From assembly GCA_963697335.1 (NCBI GenBank), contig CAVONQ010000010.1:32001-96000 (forward strand): a DNA stretch of 64,000 bases, in the 5' to 3' direction. Shown one piece after another: positions 8,398-20,311 of this stretch (position 1 is its first letter; the number at the start of each line of letters is the position of its first letter). Under the pieces are notes generated by a model, which was not told the DNA's origin, did no database searches, and worked only from the letters and a program-made list of their open reading frames with translations. Position numbers and translations under genes: made by a program. Origin of the DNA: an uncultured cyanobacterium (GTDB lineage: Bacteria; Cyanobacteriota; Cyanobacteriia; PCC-6307; Cyanobiaceae).

Positions 8398-9522
8398 ATG
8401 CCCACCGGCCCCGAGGCCCCAGGACCCATCACCGCCACCCTCGCCGCCCCCTCGCCTGCCGACCCGCTGCACCCGTCCCATGTGGAGCTGAGCGGGCTGT
8501 GGCATCGCTACGCCGGCACCGAGGCCTTCACGTTGCGCGGCATCGATTTCCAGCTGCGCCCCGGCGAGTTGGTGGGCTTGCTGGGGCCCTCAGGCTGCGG
8601 CAAGACCACCCTGCTGCGGCTGATTGCCGGATTCGAGCGTCCGGAGCGCGGCGTCGTGATGATCGCCGGCCGCCAGGTGGCCGGCGAGCAGCGCTGGCTG
8701 GTGCCGGAGCGGCGCGGCGTGGGCATGGTGTTCCAGGACTACGCCCTGTTCCCGCACCTCAACGCCTGGCGCAACCTCTGCTTCGGCCTGCGCCGCGGCG
8801 AGGACACCGCCCGAGCCGCCTGGCTGCTGGAGCTGCTGGGGCTTGGCGGCCTGGAGCGCCGCTATCCCCACGAGCTCTCCGGCGGCCAGCGCCAGCGCCT
8901 GGCCCTGGCCCGGGCCCTGGCGCCACGGCCCTCGGTGGTACTGCTCGATGAGCCCTTCTCCAACCTCGACGTGGAGGTGCGCCTGCGCCTGCGGGCGGAG
9001 CTGCCCCAGGTGCTCAGCCAGTGCGGCGCCTGCGGCCTGATCGTGACCCACGACCCCGAGGAGGCCCTGGCGATCTGCGACCGGGTGGCCGTGCTCTGTG
9101 ACGGCGTGCTGCACCAGTGCGCCAGCCCCAGGGAGCTGGTGCAACGACCCGCGACCGCCTTCGTGGGCCGCTTCGTGCTGCAGGGCAACCTGTTGCCGGT
9201 GTGCGCCGCTCGCGGCCTGTTCACCACCCCCCTGGGCCAGCTCAGGCCCCTGGAGCCGATGGAGGCACAGCAGCCCGCTGAGGTGATGGTGAGTCCTGAG
9301 GCGATCGCCCTGGTGCCCGATCCCGCCGGAGAGGCCCGGGTGCTGGGCCGGGAGTTCCTGGGCCGGGAATGGCTCTACCAGCTCCGCCAGGGCGACCTTA
9401 ACCTGCGGCTGCGGCTGCCCCTGAACGAGGAGTACGGCCATGGCCAGCGCTGCCGGCTGCAGTTGCGCCCGGGCCACGGCGCCACCCTGTTTCCCCAGGG
9501 TCTGCCCCTGGAGGTGTGCTGA
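8398..9522 (+). CDS. futC: Fe3+ ABC transporter ATP-binding subunit (FutC/FbpC-like)
   Basis: [41 protein letters not shown]-like C-terminus; start uncertain (8377 or 8398). Confidence 0.75.
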   Translation: MPTGPEAPGPITATLAAPSPADPLHPSHVELSGLWHRYAGTEAFTLRGIDFQLRPGELVGLLGPSGCGKTTLLRLIAGFERPERGVVMIAGRQVAGEQRWLVPERRGVGMVFQDYALFPHLNAWRNLCFGLRRGEDTARAAWLLELLGLGGLERRYPHELSGGQRQRLALARALAPRPSVVLLDEPFSNLDVEVRLRLRAELPQVLSQCGACGLIVTHDPEEALAICDRVAVLCDGVLHQCASPRELVQRPATAFVGRFVLQGNLLPVCAARGLFTTPLGQLRPLEPMEAQQPAEVMVSPEAIALVPDPAGEARVLGREFLGREWLYQLRQGDLNLRLRLPLNEEYGHGQRCRLQLRPGHGATLFPQGLPLEVC

Positions 9523-9523
9523 C

Positions 9524-10303
9524 TCAGCCGCGCCAGTGGTCCTTCTGCTCCCTCAGCTGGGCCAGGCTGGCGGCATCAGGGGCCCGCAGGAAGAGGTTCG
9601 TGGCCAGCTCCAGGGCGATCTGGCTCGGCACCGTGGCCTGGCCCCGGGCCCGCTGCGCCAGCACATCCGCCAGCCGCTGCCGGATCGGCGTCGCCGCCGG
9701 GTCGTCGCTGGCCACCGTGGCGGCGGCCCAGCGCAGGTTGGCCTCCGTGTACTCATGGGCGCACCACACCCAGGTGGAGCCGGGCAGGGCCGCCAGCCGC
9801 TGCAGGGAGGCCTGCATCTGGGCCGGGCTGCCCTCGAACAGCCGGCCGCAACCGCCGGCGAACAGGGTGTCGCCGCAGAACAGGTGGCCGGCCCTGGGGA
9901 ACCAATAGGCGAGGTGGGCCCGGGTGTGGCCCGGCACCGCCAGCACCTCCACCGGCTCTTCCAGCACGGTGAGCTGATCGCCATCCGCCACCCCCTGGGT
10001 CTGGAAGGGGATGCGCTCAAGGTCGTCGCGGGCGGCCACCACGGCGCAGCCGGGCCAGCGACGCAGCAGCCCGGGGCTGCCGCCGATGTGGTCGCTGTGG
10101 TGGTGGGTCTGAAGGATGGTGACGAGCTCCAGGCCCCGTGCCTCCAGGCGCTGCTGGATGGGCCCATCGACCGCGGGGTCCACCACCACGGCCTGCCCGC
10201 CCCGGCTCAGCAGCATCACGTAGTTGTCGTTGAGCACGGGGATCAGCTCCACCGCCAGCGTCTGCTGCTGCTGCGGCCCCACCTGAGGGGAAGCCACCGT
10301 CAT
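9524..10303 (-). CDS. gloB: hydroxyacylglutathione hydrolase (glyoxalase II)
   Basis: [46 protein letters not shown]. Confidence 0.95.
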   Translation of the reverse strand: MTVASPQVGPQQQQTLAVELIPVLNDNYVMLLSRGGQAVVVDPAVDGPIQQRLEARGLELVTILQTHHHSDHIGGSPGLLRRWPGCAVVAARDDLERIPFQTQGVADGDQLTVLEEPVEVLAVPGHTRAHLAYWFPRAGHLFCGDTLFAGGCGRLFEGSPAQMQASLQRLAALPGSTWVWCAHEYTEANLRWAAATVASDDPAATPIRQRLADVLAQRARGQATVPSQIALELATNLFLRAPDAASLAQLREQKDHWRG

Positions 10304-10374
10304 TGGCCCGACTCCTGCGGGGCTCTCTCGGCGATTCGGGCCCATCGTTACAGTCCGAACAGAGACGTGTCTCC

Positions 10375-11052
10375 ATGATCACCGTTGCCCTGGCCAAGGG
10401 TGCCCTGCTGAAGGATTCGGTGCGTCGCTTCGCCGCCGCCGGCCTTGATTTTTCCGCCGTGCTCGAGCCGGGCAACCGCCTGCTGATGGTGCCCAGTGCC
10501 TGCGGCTCGGCCCGGGCCCTGCTGGTGCGCAACGCCGATGTGCCGGTCTATGTGGCCTATGGCCAGGCCCAGCTGGGAGTGGTGGGCTACGACGTGCTGC
10601 GGGAGCACCAGCTGCCCGTGGCCCAGCTGGTGGACCTGGGCTTCGGCGGCTGCCGCATGAGTGTGGCCGTCAAGGCCAGCAGCCCCTACCGCCGCGCCGC
10701 CGACCTGCCGGCCCATTGCCGCGTGGCCAGCAAGTTCACCCGCTGCGCCGAGGCCTACTTCGAAGCCCTGGATCTGCCGGTGGAGCTGATCCATCTGGCC
10801 GGCTCGGTCGAACTGGGGCCGATCACCGGCATGAGTGAGGCGATCGTCGATCTGGTGGCCACCGGTCGCACCCTCAAGGACAACGGCCTGATCGCCATCG
10901 AAGATCTGTTCCAGTCCACGGCCCGGCTGGTGGGCCACCCCCTGGCCCTGCGCCTTGACGGTGGCGCCCTGCAGACGATCGTGGACAGGATTGCAGCTGT
11001 TGCCACGACCCCGGCCACTGCCCCAGCTCCGGCCGCGGCCGGCGTGGCCTGA
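10375..11052 (+). CDS. hisG: ATP phosphoribosyltransferase (short form)
   Basis: [28 protein letters not shown]. Confidence 0.96.
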   Translation: MITVALAKGALLKDSVRRFAAAGLDFSAVLEPGNRLLMVPSACGSARALLVRNADVPVYVAYGQAQLGVVGYDVLREHQLPVAQLVDLGFGGCRMSVAVKASSPYRRAADLPAHCRVASKFTRCAEAYFEALDLPVELIHLAGSVELGPITGMSEAIVDLVATGRTLKDNGLIAIEDLFQSTARLVGHPLALRLDGGALQTIVDRIAAVATTPATAPAPAAAGVA

Positions 11053-12851
11053 TGGCGGCTCTAGACCGCGAACGGCTGCTGCGGCTGCTGCCCTACCTGG
11101 GCCGCGACAAGCGCCGCCTGCTGCTCACCCTGACCCTGCTGATCCCGGTGGCCACGGCCGCGGCCATCCAGCCGCTCCTTGTGGGCCAGGCGATCGCGGT
11201 GCTGCGGGGTGAGCCCACCCTGGCCTTCCTCAGCGGCATGCCGGTGGACCAGGCCCTGCGGCTGCTGGTGATCGTGCTGCTGGCGGCGGTGCTGCTCAGG
11301 CTGGGTCTGCAGGGCCTGCAGAGCTACAGCGTTCAGGCCGTGGGCCAGCGGCTCACCGCCCGCATCCGCGACGACCTCTTCGCCCATGCGATGGCGCTGT
11401 CGCTGCGCTTTCATGACCGCACGCCCGTGGGCAAGCTGCTCACCCGGCTCACCAGTGATGTCGATGCCCTTGCCGAGGTCTTCGGCAGCGGCGCCGTGGG
11501 GGTGCTGGCCGATCTGGTGACCCTGCTGGTGATCGCCGTGACCATGCTCAGCATCGAGTGGCGCCTGGCGCTGCTGCTGCTCTCCTCCCAGGTGCCCGTG
11601 GTGCTGGGGATGCTGTGGCTGCAGAAGCGCTACCGCCGGGCCAACTACCGGGTGCGCGAAGAGCTCAGCGCCCTCAACGCCGACCTGCAGGAAAACCTGC
11701 AGGGGCTGGAGGTGGTGCAGATGTTCCGCCGCGAGGACGTCAACAGCGCCCGCTTTGCCCGCACCACCGACGCCTACCGCCGTGCCGTGACGGGCACGAT
11801 CCTCTACGACAGCTCCATCTCCGCCTTCATCGAATGGGTGGCCCTGGTGGCCGTGGCCGTGGTGCTGGCGGCCGGTGGCAGCATGGTGTCGGGCGGCCTG
11901 CTCGGTCTGGGCACCCTCACCACGTTCATCCTCTACTCCCAGCGGCTGTTCGACCCTCTGCGCCAACTGGCGGAGCGCTTCACCCAGATCCAGGGGGGGC
12001 TGACGGCGGTGGAGCGCATCGGCGAACTGCTGGAGCAGCCGATCGAGATCCAGGAGCTTCCCGCCGCCCAGCGTTCGGCGGCGGCCCATCGCTCGGGGGG
12101 CCAGCGCAGCAGCGCCGGCGAGGTGGTGTTCGAGCACGTGTCCTTCGCCTACCGCGAGGACGACCCGATCCTCACGGATCTCTCCTTCCGCATCGCTCCC
12201 GGCGAGCATGTCGCCCTGGTGGGTCCCACCGGATCCGGCAAGACCACGGTGATCCGGTTGCTGTGCCGCCTCTACGAGCCCCAGAGCGGCCGCATCCTGC
12301 TCGATGGCGTGGACATCCGCGAGCTGCCGATCCCCACCCTGCGGCAGCGCCTCGGCGTGGTGCTGCAGGACACGTTCCTGTTCAGCGGCAACGTGGCCGA
12401 CAACCTGCGCCTCGATGCGCCCATCTCCAGCGACGACCTGGTGCGTCTGTGTGGCGAGCTGGGCCTGGCGGAGCTGCTGCGGCGTCTGCCGGAGGGGCTG
12501 GCCACGGAGCTGCGCGAGCGGGGCGGCAATCTCTCCTCCGGCGAGCGCCAGCTGCTGGCGGTGGCCCGGGTGGCGATTCGCGATCCCTCCGTGCTGGTGA
12601 TGGATGAGGCCACCGCCTTCATGGATCCCTCCACTGAAGCCACCCTGCAGCGCGACCTCGATCGCCTGCTCCAGCAGCGCACGGCGATCGTGATCGCGCA
12701 TCGCCTCGCCACCGTGGAGGCCGCCGATCGCATCCTGGTGCTGCAGCGGGGCCGGGTGATCGAGGAGGGCACCCATCGTCAGCTGCGCGACTCCGGTGGC
12801 CTCTACGCCCGCCTCGCCGAGCTGCAGGACAAGGGCCTGGCGGCCCTCTAG
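11052..12851 (+). CDS. ABC exporter, fused permease/ATPase (MdlB-like)
   Basis: N-terminal TM domain; GPTGSGKT, LSSGERQ, MDEATA; ATG overlaps the hisG stop. Confidence 0.92.
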   Translation: MAALDRERLLRLLPYLGRDKRRLLLTLTLLIPVATAAAIQPLLVGQAIAVLRGEPTLAFLSGMPVDQALRLLVIVLLAAVLLRLGLQGLQSYSVQAVGQRLTARIRDDLFAHAMALSLRFHDRTPVGKLLTRLTSDVDALAEVFGSGAVGVLADLVTLLVIAVTMLSIEWRLALLLLSSQVPVVLGMLWLQKRYRRANYRVREELSALNADLQENLQGLEVVQMFRREDVNSARFARTTDAYRRAVTGTILYDSSISAFIEWVALVAVAVVLAAGGSMVSGGLLGLGTLTTFILYSQRLFDPLRQLAERFTQIQGGLTAVERIGELLEQPIEIQELPAAQRSAAAHRSGGQRSSAGEVVFEHVSFAYREDDPILTDLSFRIAPGEHVALVGPTGSGKTTVIRLLCRLYEPQSGRILLDGVDIRELPIPTLRQRLGVVLQDTFLFSGNVADNLRLDAPISSDDLVRLCGELGLAELLRRLPEGLATELRERGGNLSSGERQLLAVARVAIRDPSVLVMDEATAFMDPSTEATLQRDLDRLLQQRTAIVIAHRLATVEAADRILVLQRGRVIEEGTHRQLRDSGGLYARLAELQDKGLAAL

Positions 12852-12958
12852 GGCCCGCAAGCGACAAAGGCAAAGGGTGGCCATTGGTAGTCGTGGCTGC
12901 CACGCGAGGTTCAAGTGAGGGGCTAGGACGTTTTCATTGCTGGTGAATCCCCTTGTCC

Positions 12959-13963
12959 ATGAATGACGTTGATCTGCTCAAGAGCGCCGCACCGATGATG
13001 GACGGGAGTGAGAAACAGAGCAAAAAGGATAAGAAGGAAAAGAAAGTCGAGAAAAAAGCCAAGTCCAAGAACCCTGGCAAAGCCAAGGGCGGCAAGGGCA
13101 AGAACGATAAAAAAGGGCTCTCTGCTGATAGGTACAAGCCTTCTCCGATCTTCGACGACTTCTCCAAGGATTCAGAAGGCCGTCTACCCAAGCTCGATCG
13201 CAAGTACTACGAGAAAGAGCTGGCCAGGTTGCAGGTGGAGCTGGTCAAGATGCAGTACTGGATCAAGCACGTGGGCTATCGGGTTGTGCTGCTGTTCGAG
13301 GGCAGGGATGCGGCCGGCAAGGGCGGCACGATCAAGCGCATCACCGAGCCCTTGAACCCCCGCGGCTGCAACGTGGTGGCTCTGGGAACCCCCTCTGATC
13401 AACAGAAGACCCAGTGGTATTTCCAGCGCTATGTGGAGAACTTCCCTTCCGCTGGGGAAATCGTGTTGTTTGACCGCAGTTGGTACAACCGCGCCGGGGT
13501 TGAGAAGGTGATGGGCTTCTGCACGCCAGAGCAGGTGGAGGAGTTCATGCTCTCCTGCCCGGAGTTCGAGCGCATGCTGGTGCGCAGTGGCATCGTGCTG
13601 ATCAAATACTGGTTCTCCGTCAGCGATGACGAGCAGGAGGCCCGTTTCCGCTCACGGCTGGAAGACCCTGCCCGCCGCTGGAAGCTGAGTCCCATGGACC
13701 TGGAGTCACGCGACCGGTGGGTCGAGTTTTCAAAAGCCAAGGATGAGATGTTTGCCCACACCAACATCCCGGAAGCACCTTGGTTCACGGTGGAGGCCAA
13801 TGACAAGCGCCGGGCCCGGCTCAATTGCATCAGCCATCTGCTCAGCAAGATCCCCTACGAGGACATGACCCCCGACGCGATCGAATTGCCCCCTCGCAAG
13901 AGTGGCAGCGATTATCAGCGCCCCCCCATGAACGAGCAGTTCTTCGTGCCTACCGTCTACTGA
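12959..13963 (+). CDS. ppk2: polyphosphate kinase 2
   Basis: FEGRDAAGKGG, FDRSWYNRAGVE, WKLSPMD; Lys-rich N-terminal extension. Confidence 0.95.
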   Translation: MNDVDLLKSAAPMMDGSEKQSKKDKKEKKVEKKAKSKNPGKAKGGKGKNDKKGLSADRYKPSPIFDDFSKDSEGRLPKLDRKYYEKELARLQVELVKMQYWIKHVGYRVVLLFEGRDAAGKGGTIKRITEPLNPRGCNVVALGTPSDQQKTQWYFQRYVENFPSAGEIVLFDRSWYNRAGVEKVMGFCTPEQVEEFMLSCPEFERMLVRSGIVLIKYWFSVSDDEQEARFRSRLEDPARRWKLSPMDLESRDRWVEFSKAKDEMFAHTNIPEAPWFTVEANDKRRARLNCISHLLSKIPYEDMTPDAIELPPRKSGSDYQRPPMNEQFFVPTVY

Positions 13964-13969
13964 TCTGAC

Positions 13970-14767
13970 CTACTCCGCCACAGGAGGAGATGGCCGAGGC
14001 GGGGCGATCTGATCCAGCCACGGGCCGATCGTGTCGGCCAGCTCCCGGGGCCGCCCAAGCATCGGCAGATGGCCGGCCCCCGCCAACACCCTCAGATCGT
14101 GCTGGCGGGCGTAGCCTGCCAGGTGGCGTACGTACCGCGGTTCCATCACCCGGTCGTTGCTGCCGGCGATCCAGAGGCTGGGCACCGTGAGGGCGGCGGT
14201 GAGCCCGGGCAGCTGTTGCACGGAGCTACGCCGCATGCTGCAGGCCAGCAGCCCCTGGGCGGCCCGCCGATCCGCCAGCAGGGGGCTGCGCAGCGGGCCG
14301 CTGCCGGGCACGTGAACCAGCCAGCGGGGCCTCAGCTGCAGAAACAGCGCCCCACCCCGCCGCACCTGGGCAAAGGGCCGCGGCTGGTACACCCCGCCGC
14401 CCACCGCGATCTGCACCACCCCTGTCAGCCGGCTGCCGAGGCACCCGGCGGCATGGAGGACCAAGCTGCCACCGAGCGAGTGGCCCATCAGCACCACCGG
14501 CCGGCCGTCCTTGGCCTGCCGAAGGGCCTGCTCGGCCACCCAGGCGCCGTAGCTGGCCAGGCTCGCCTGCAGCCCCCGGGGCCTTTCCCGGCCGCCGAAG
14601 CCGGGCAGATCCGGCGCCCAGATCTCCCACTCTGGCCCCAGCTCCGCCGCCAGACGATCCCAGAGCCGCCCTGCCAGCAACCAGCCGTGCAGAGCCACGA
14701 TCAGGGGCTTTTGCCCTGCCGGGAATCGCTCTGGGGCGATCCGTGGTGGAGCGGAAGCTGCTGCCAT
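13970..14767 (-). CDS. alpha/beta fold hydrolase
   Basis: LHGW, PDLPGFG, GHSLGG nucleophile elbow, AGHLPM. Confidence 0.88.
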   Translation of the reverse strand: MAAASAPPRIAPERFPAGQKPLIVALHGWLLAGRLWDRLAAELGPEWEIWAPDLPGFGGRERPRGLQASLASYGAWVAEQALRQAKDGRPVVLMGHSLGGSLVLHAAGCLGSRLTGVVQIAVGGGVYQPRPFAQVRRGGALFLQLRPRWLVHVPGSGPLRSPLLADRRAAQGLLACSMRRSSVQQLPGLTAALTVPSLWIAGSNDRVMEPRYVRHLAGYARQHDLRVLAGAGHLPMLGRPRELADTIGPWLDQIAPPRPSPPVAE

Positions 14768-14802
14768 CAGTCAGGATCGTGGCATCCCGCCATCGCTGTT
14801 CC

Positions 14803-15291
14803 GTGGATCCGGCCCTCCAGCTCACCACGCTCTATGGGGAGCAGCACCGGCTCTGCCCCACGCCCAAGAGCCAGGTGTCGCTGGTGCTGAGTGCCGAACG
14901 GGAGATCGATCTGATCGAGCTGGAGCAGCTGTGTGACGCCGTGGGCTGGAGCCGCCGGCCGCTGCGTCGGGTGCGCAAGGCCCTCCAGCACAGCCTGCTG
15001 CGGGTGGGACTCTGGCGCCATGATCCCCGCCTGCCGAAGTTGGTGGGTTTTGCCCGTTGCACCGGCGATGGGGTGGTGGAAGCCACGGTCTGGGACGTGG
15101 CCGTGCATCCCCACTACCAGGGCCTGGGGCTGGGCAAGGCGCTGATGGTCTACGTGCTCGATCAGCTGCGCAGCATGCAGGTGGATCGCGTCACCCTGTT
15201 CGCCGATCCCCAGGTGGTGGCCTTTTACCGGGCCCAGGGTTGGGATCTGGAGCCCCTGGAGCGTCGCTGCGCCTTCTGGTACGCGCCCTAG
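14803..15291 (+). CDS. GNAT N-acetyltransferase (Ycf52-like)
   Basis: LEQLCDAVGWSRRP, VWDVAVHPHYQGLGLGKALM, VTLFADP; GTG start inferred. Confidence 0.88.
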   Translation: MDPALQLTTLYGEQHRLCPTPKSQVSLVLSAEREIDLIELEQLCDAVGWSRRPLRRVRKALQHSLLRVGLWRHDPRLPKLVGFARCTGDGVVEATVWDVAVHPHYQGLGLGKALMVYVLDQLRSMQVDRVTLFADPQVVAFYRAQGWDLEPLERRCAFWYAP

Positions 15292-15994
15292 GGCTGCCCG
15301 CCTCGATGCCGTAGTACAGGTGGGCGAGGGTCTCGGCATCGGCGCCGTGGCGCCAGGCCCGCCGCAGGCGGGCATTGTCGAGGGTGGTGCGCCAGACCCC
15401 GCGGCTGCGCCAGCGGCGTTCGTCCACCCGCACGGCGCCACCGAGGCTCCGCAGGCGCCCACGACGTCGCAGGCGCTGCACCAGGTCGAGGTCCTCCATC
15501 AGGGGCAGGGGCCTGAGGCCACCGCTGGCCCAGTAGTGCTGCAGGGGCAGCAGCAGCCCCTGGTCGCCATAGGGCAGCTGGCGCCAGCGGCTGCGCAGGT
15601 TCACGCCAAGCTCCACCAGCCGCAGGGCCAGGCCGCGCCCGCCGATCCCCAGCTCGAAGTACCAGGCCTCCGCAGGCCTCTGCCGCGCCTGCCCCAGCCG
15701 CGCGGCCCAGTCCGGCGGCAGGCGCACGTCGGCATGGAGCAGCAGCAACCACGGTCCACGGGCCTCCCGGGCGCCGAGGGCCAGCTGGCGGCCACGCCCC
15801 GGCGCGCTGCGCAGCAGTCGCGCTCCTGCCAACTGTGCCAGTTCTGGGGTGCCGTCCTGGCTGCCGCCATCCACCACCAGCACCTCGCGCACCAGGGCCG
15901 GGGCGCTGGCCAGCTGGGCCAGCAGGCCCGCCAGGGCATGGCCCTCATTGCGGGTGGCCAGCACCACGCTCAGCCAGGGTGAGGAGTCGGCCAC
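15191..15994 (-). CDS. GT2 glycosyltransferase (TIGR04283-like)
   Basis: VVDGGSQDGT, GRGRQL..GA, LHAD, PYGDQG, MEDLD; C-terminus overlaps the GNAT gene. Confidence 0.85.
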   Translation of the reverse strand: MADSSPWLSVVLATRNEGHALAGLLAQLASAPALVREVLVVDGGSQDGTPELAQLAGARLLRSAPGRGRQLALGAREARGPWLLLLHADVRLPPDWAARLGQARQRPAEAWYFELGIGGRGLALRLVELGVNLRSRWRQLPYGDQGLLLPLQHYWASGGLRPLPLMEDLDLVQRLRRRGRLRSLGGAVRVDERRWRSRGVWRTTLDNARLRRAWRHGADAETLAHLYYGIEAGSPRARTRRRSDAPGAPDPNPGPGKRPPPGDRRTG

Positions 15995-15997
15995 GGT

Positions 15998-16648
15998 TCA
16001 GCGCCAGGCCCGCAGATCGTCGGCGCGGTCGAGGTCCCGGCGCAGGGGCAGCAGACGCGGCTCGATGCCCAGGGCGGCTGCCGCCGCCAGGGTCTGCGTC
16101 AGCACCTGGGCACTGCCCCAGGGGATGCCCGCTAGCAGTTCGGCCCGGGCCTGGGTCAGGCCGAGCAGCCAGTAGCCGCCGTCGCCTGCAGGCCCCAGCA
16201 CCAGGGAGGGGGTTCCCGGCCTGCCCGCGCCCAGGGCCTCGAAGGCGGACTCCAGATCGGCAGCTTCCAGGGTCGGCAGGTCACTGCCGATCAGCACCAC
16301 CCGCTGGGCCCCCTCCGCCAGCGCCCGCAACACCTGGCGCTGCAGGCGCACCCCGAGGCTGCCCGCCCCCTGGTCGGTGGAGCCATCGCAGCCCAGGCAG
16401 CCCGCCCAGCGCCGCCGCTGTCGCTCCCCCAGGCCCTGGGCCGCCAGCACCAGGCGGCAGCCCACCCGGCTGCGGGTGCGGCGGGCCACCGCGAAGGTGT
16501 GGGCCGTGAGGCGCTCCTGAATGGCGGCCGCCCGCCCGACGCCCAGGCCCCTGGCCAGCCGGCTCTTGCAGCGCCCGGGCGCCGGCCAGCGGGCCAGCAC
16601 CACCAGCTGCAGTGCCCCTGACGGGCCCCCCTGGCTGGCCTGGATCAC
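15998..16648 (-). CDS. DUF2064 / TIGR04282-like transferase
   Basis: RWPAPGRCKSRL, IGSDLP, LGPAGDGGYWLLG, DLDRADDL. Confidence 0.88.
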   Translation of the reverse strand: MIQASQGGPSGALQLVVLARWPAPGRCKSRLARGLGVGRAAAIQERLTAHTFAVARRTRSRVGCRLVLAAQGLGERQRRRWAGCLGCDGSTDQGAGSLGVRLQRQVLRALAEGAQRVVLIGSDLPTLEAADLESAFEALGAGRPGTPSLVLGPAGDGGYWLLGLTQARAELLAGIPWGSAQVLTQTLAAAAALGIEPRLLPLRRDLDRADDLRAWR

Positions 16649-16657
16649 GCCGGCCGC

Positions 16658-17797
16658 TCAGTTCTGCCGCGGCAGCTCGGCGGGTCGCAGGGTCAGGTTG
16701 GTGGTGGCGCTGCCGCGGCGCACCACCACCTCGAGGGCATCGCCCACCTTGCCCTGATCCACGGCCAGCTGCACCTCCGAGGGGTTGCGCACCCGGCGCC
16801 CGCCCACAGACTCGATCAGGTCGCAGGGCTTGAGGCCCCCCTTGGCGGCCGGGCTGTTCTGCATCACATCCACCACCACCACGCCATTGGCCTCCGGCAG
16901 CCGGCACTGGTCGGTGGTGGCGTTGATCTCCCGCGCCAGCTGGGGGGTGAGGGCCTGGAGCCGCACACCGATGTAGGGGTGGCTGGCGAAGCCGCGCTCA
17001 ATGATCTGGGCGGCGATCTGGCGGGCCACATTGATCGGCACCGCGAAGCTCAGGCCCGCGCCCGGTGCCTGGCGGATGGCGGTGTTGATGCCGATCACCT
17101 GGCCCCGGTCGTTGATCAGGGGCCCGCCGCTGTTGCCCGGGTTCACGGCGGCGTCGGTCTGGATGTAAGGCACCCGCTGGCCCTCGCCGACGGCGTTGGT
17201 GCGCTGGATGGCGCTGATGATGCCGGCCGTCACAGTGTTATCGAGCCCCAGGGGGTTGCCGATGGCGATCGCCCATTCGCCCGGCCGCAGCTTGGCGGAG
17301 TCCCCCAGGGGCGCCACGGGCAGGTCTGTGGCCACCACCTTCACCACCGCCACATCCGTGAGCGGATCGCTGCCGAGCACCTTGCCGGTGAGGCTGCGGC
17401 CGTCGGGCAGGGTCACGGTCACCTCGCTGGCCCCATCCACCACATGGGCATTGGTGAGCAGCACCCCGTCGGAGCGGGTGATGAAGCCGGAGCCCTGGCC
17501 CTGCTGCTCCTGGATGGTGGGTCCGCGGCCGAACAGGCCCCCCAGCGGATTGATCACCCGTTTGGTGGTGTCGATCCGCACCACGGCGGGTCCCACCTTC
17601 GCCACGGCGTCCACGATCACGTTGTTGCCGGGCTGCAGGGGCGGCACGGGGGCGGCGTCGCTGATGCGCACGTTGCCCTGATCGGGCTGGCCGGGCAGCT
17701 GGGGCAGATTCGGCAGTCGGGGCAGGCCACTGGCGCAGCCTGTGAGCAGCAACGTGCCGATCAGTCCGGCACTGGGCCAGGGGCGGAAGCAGGGCAT
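16658..17797 (-). CDS. HtrA/DegP-family serine protease with PDZ domain, probable lipoprotein
   Basis: LLTGC lipobox, [23 protein letters not shown]-terminal PDZ. Confidence 0.93.
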   Translation of the reverse strand: MPCFRPWPSAGLIGTLLLTGCASGLPRLPNLPQLPGQPDQGNVRISDAAPVPPLQPGNNVIVDAVAKVGPAVVRIDTTKRVINPLGGLFGRGPTIQEQQGQGSGFITRSDGVLLTNAHVVDGASEVTVTLPDGRSLTGKVLGSDPLTDVAVVKVVATDLPVAPLGDSAKLRPGEWAIAIGNPLGLDNTVTAGIISAIQRTNAVGEGQRVPYIQTDAAVNPGNSGGPLINDRGQVIGINTAIRQAPGAGLSFAVPINVARQIAAQIIERGFASHPYIGVRLQALTPQLAREINATTDQCRLPEANGVVVVDVMQNSPAAKGGLKPCDLIESVGGRRVRNPSEVQLAVDQGKVGDALEVVVRRGSATTNLTLRPAELPRQN

Positions 17798-17915
17798 GGT
17801 CGACTCAGGGGGACGGCTGGTGGGAGGGGGGTTGCCCCGGTGGGTCTGGGGCACATTTAAGACGGAGCGGGGGCGGGTGATCTGCCTATATTCGGCACCC
17901 GCGTGGGGGCCCTTG

Positions 17916-19313
<1,398 letters not shown>

Positions 19314-19329
19314 GCCCAGGCGCTTCGCT

Positions 19330-19863
19330 TCACATGCAGCCTTGAACCGAGATGCGGTAGCTGAAGCCGAGGGCCCCCGGGTCGTCGCTAGCTCCCACCT
19401 TGAAGTTCATCTGGCTGGCCTGCTTTTCAGGCACAGCAGGGAAGGGACCGAACTCCTGTCCCTTGCCGATCGGCGGATTCATCGTGGCATTGATCACCTG
19501 CAGGCTGGTGCCATCGGTGAACTTCATGAATCCCTCCACGGGATACTTCGCATTGGCATCGGAAGAGTTGGCCGTGAAGAAGAACTTGTAGTTCCTGTAG
19601 GGGCGATCCACGATGAAATCGGTGTTCCAATTCGTTCTGCCGAGCAGCTTGGCCCTTCCCACGGTTTTGGATACCACGGGATTGCTGCCATCGCCACCGA
19701 TCGGCTGGAGAAATGTGCAGGTTTCGGCCCGCACCGTGGTGGCGGAAGCCAGGGTGAGGGTGAGGGCTGCGACTGAACCGCGGACCAGAGACTGCAGAAG
19801 CTGCTGGTTGGATGACTTGATCACTGCGAAGAGAGGCTGCACAGCAGGGTTGAAGGTGTTCAT
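19330..19863 (-). CDS. hypothetical secreted protein
   Basis: Signal-like segment ending VRA; mature domain bounded by two Cys; RTNWNTDF, YRISVQGC. Confidence 0.75.
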   Translation of the reverse strand: MNTFNPAVQPLFAVIKSSNQQLLQSLVRGSVAALTLTLASATTVRAETCTFLQPIGGDGSNPVVSKTVGRAKLLGRTNWNTDFIVDRPYRNYKFFFTANSSDANAKYPVEGFMKFTDGTSLQVINATMNPPIGKGQEFGPFPAVPEKQASQMNFKVGASDDPGALGFSYRISVQGCM

Positions 19864-20005
19864 GCTTGACTGTAAATCGCGGCCTGCCTGTTGGCTGTCT
19901 GCTGTTATGAGTGCGATGGAGGTTGCTCATAGCAGCCCCCCGCCAGGACAGCCTCATGGGGCCCGGGTAGAATGGGATTTGCCCTGCCGTTGTCCCATTT
20001 CCAGC

Positions 20006-20284
20006 ATGAAGCAATCCCTGCCATCGAACCTGATGGCTTCCATGGGCCACGTCTTCGGGGCGGCAGCTCTGGCCGCTGCACTCGGCGGCAGCTTGGGCGC
20101 CGGCCCCGCCCGGGCCCAGACCCAGACCTGGCAGCGGCAAGGCGCCCCGCCACCGGCCGGCTCCCAGGTGGTGCCGGAGAATTGCACCACGGACAGCGAT
20201 GGCACCATCTCCTGCGGGACCCGCCTGGAGGGGGATGAACGGCGTCGCCCGGCCGCTCCCCGCATCGATCTCTTCCCGAACTGA
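20006..20284 (+). CDS. small secreted hypothetical protein
   Basis: ATG 20006, signal peptide ending ARA, VVPENC...DGTISC; TAGAAT -10-like box at 19968-19973. Confidence 0.65.
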   Translation: MKQSLPSNLMASMGHVFGAAALAAALGGSLGAGPARAQTQTWQRQGAPPPAGSQVVPENCTTDSDGTISCGTRLEGDERRRPAAPRIDLFPN

Positions 20285-20311
20285 GTGCGCCTGCCGAACC
20301 GGCCCCGTCCT

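Noticed and set aside
11061..12914. Long antisense ORFs (e.g. 617 aa here, 624 aa at 27560, 618 aa at 41126, 454 aa at 62268)
   Set aside because: Shadow frames opposite well-supported genes with no recognisable motifs; expected at this GC content. Only the 3' end of the 41126 ORF is real (trpF).
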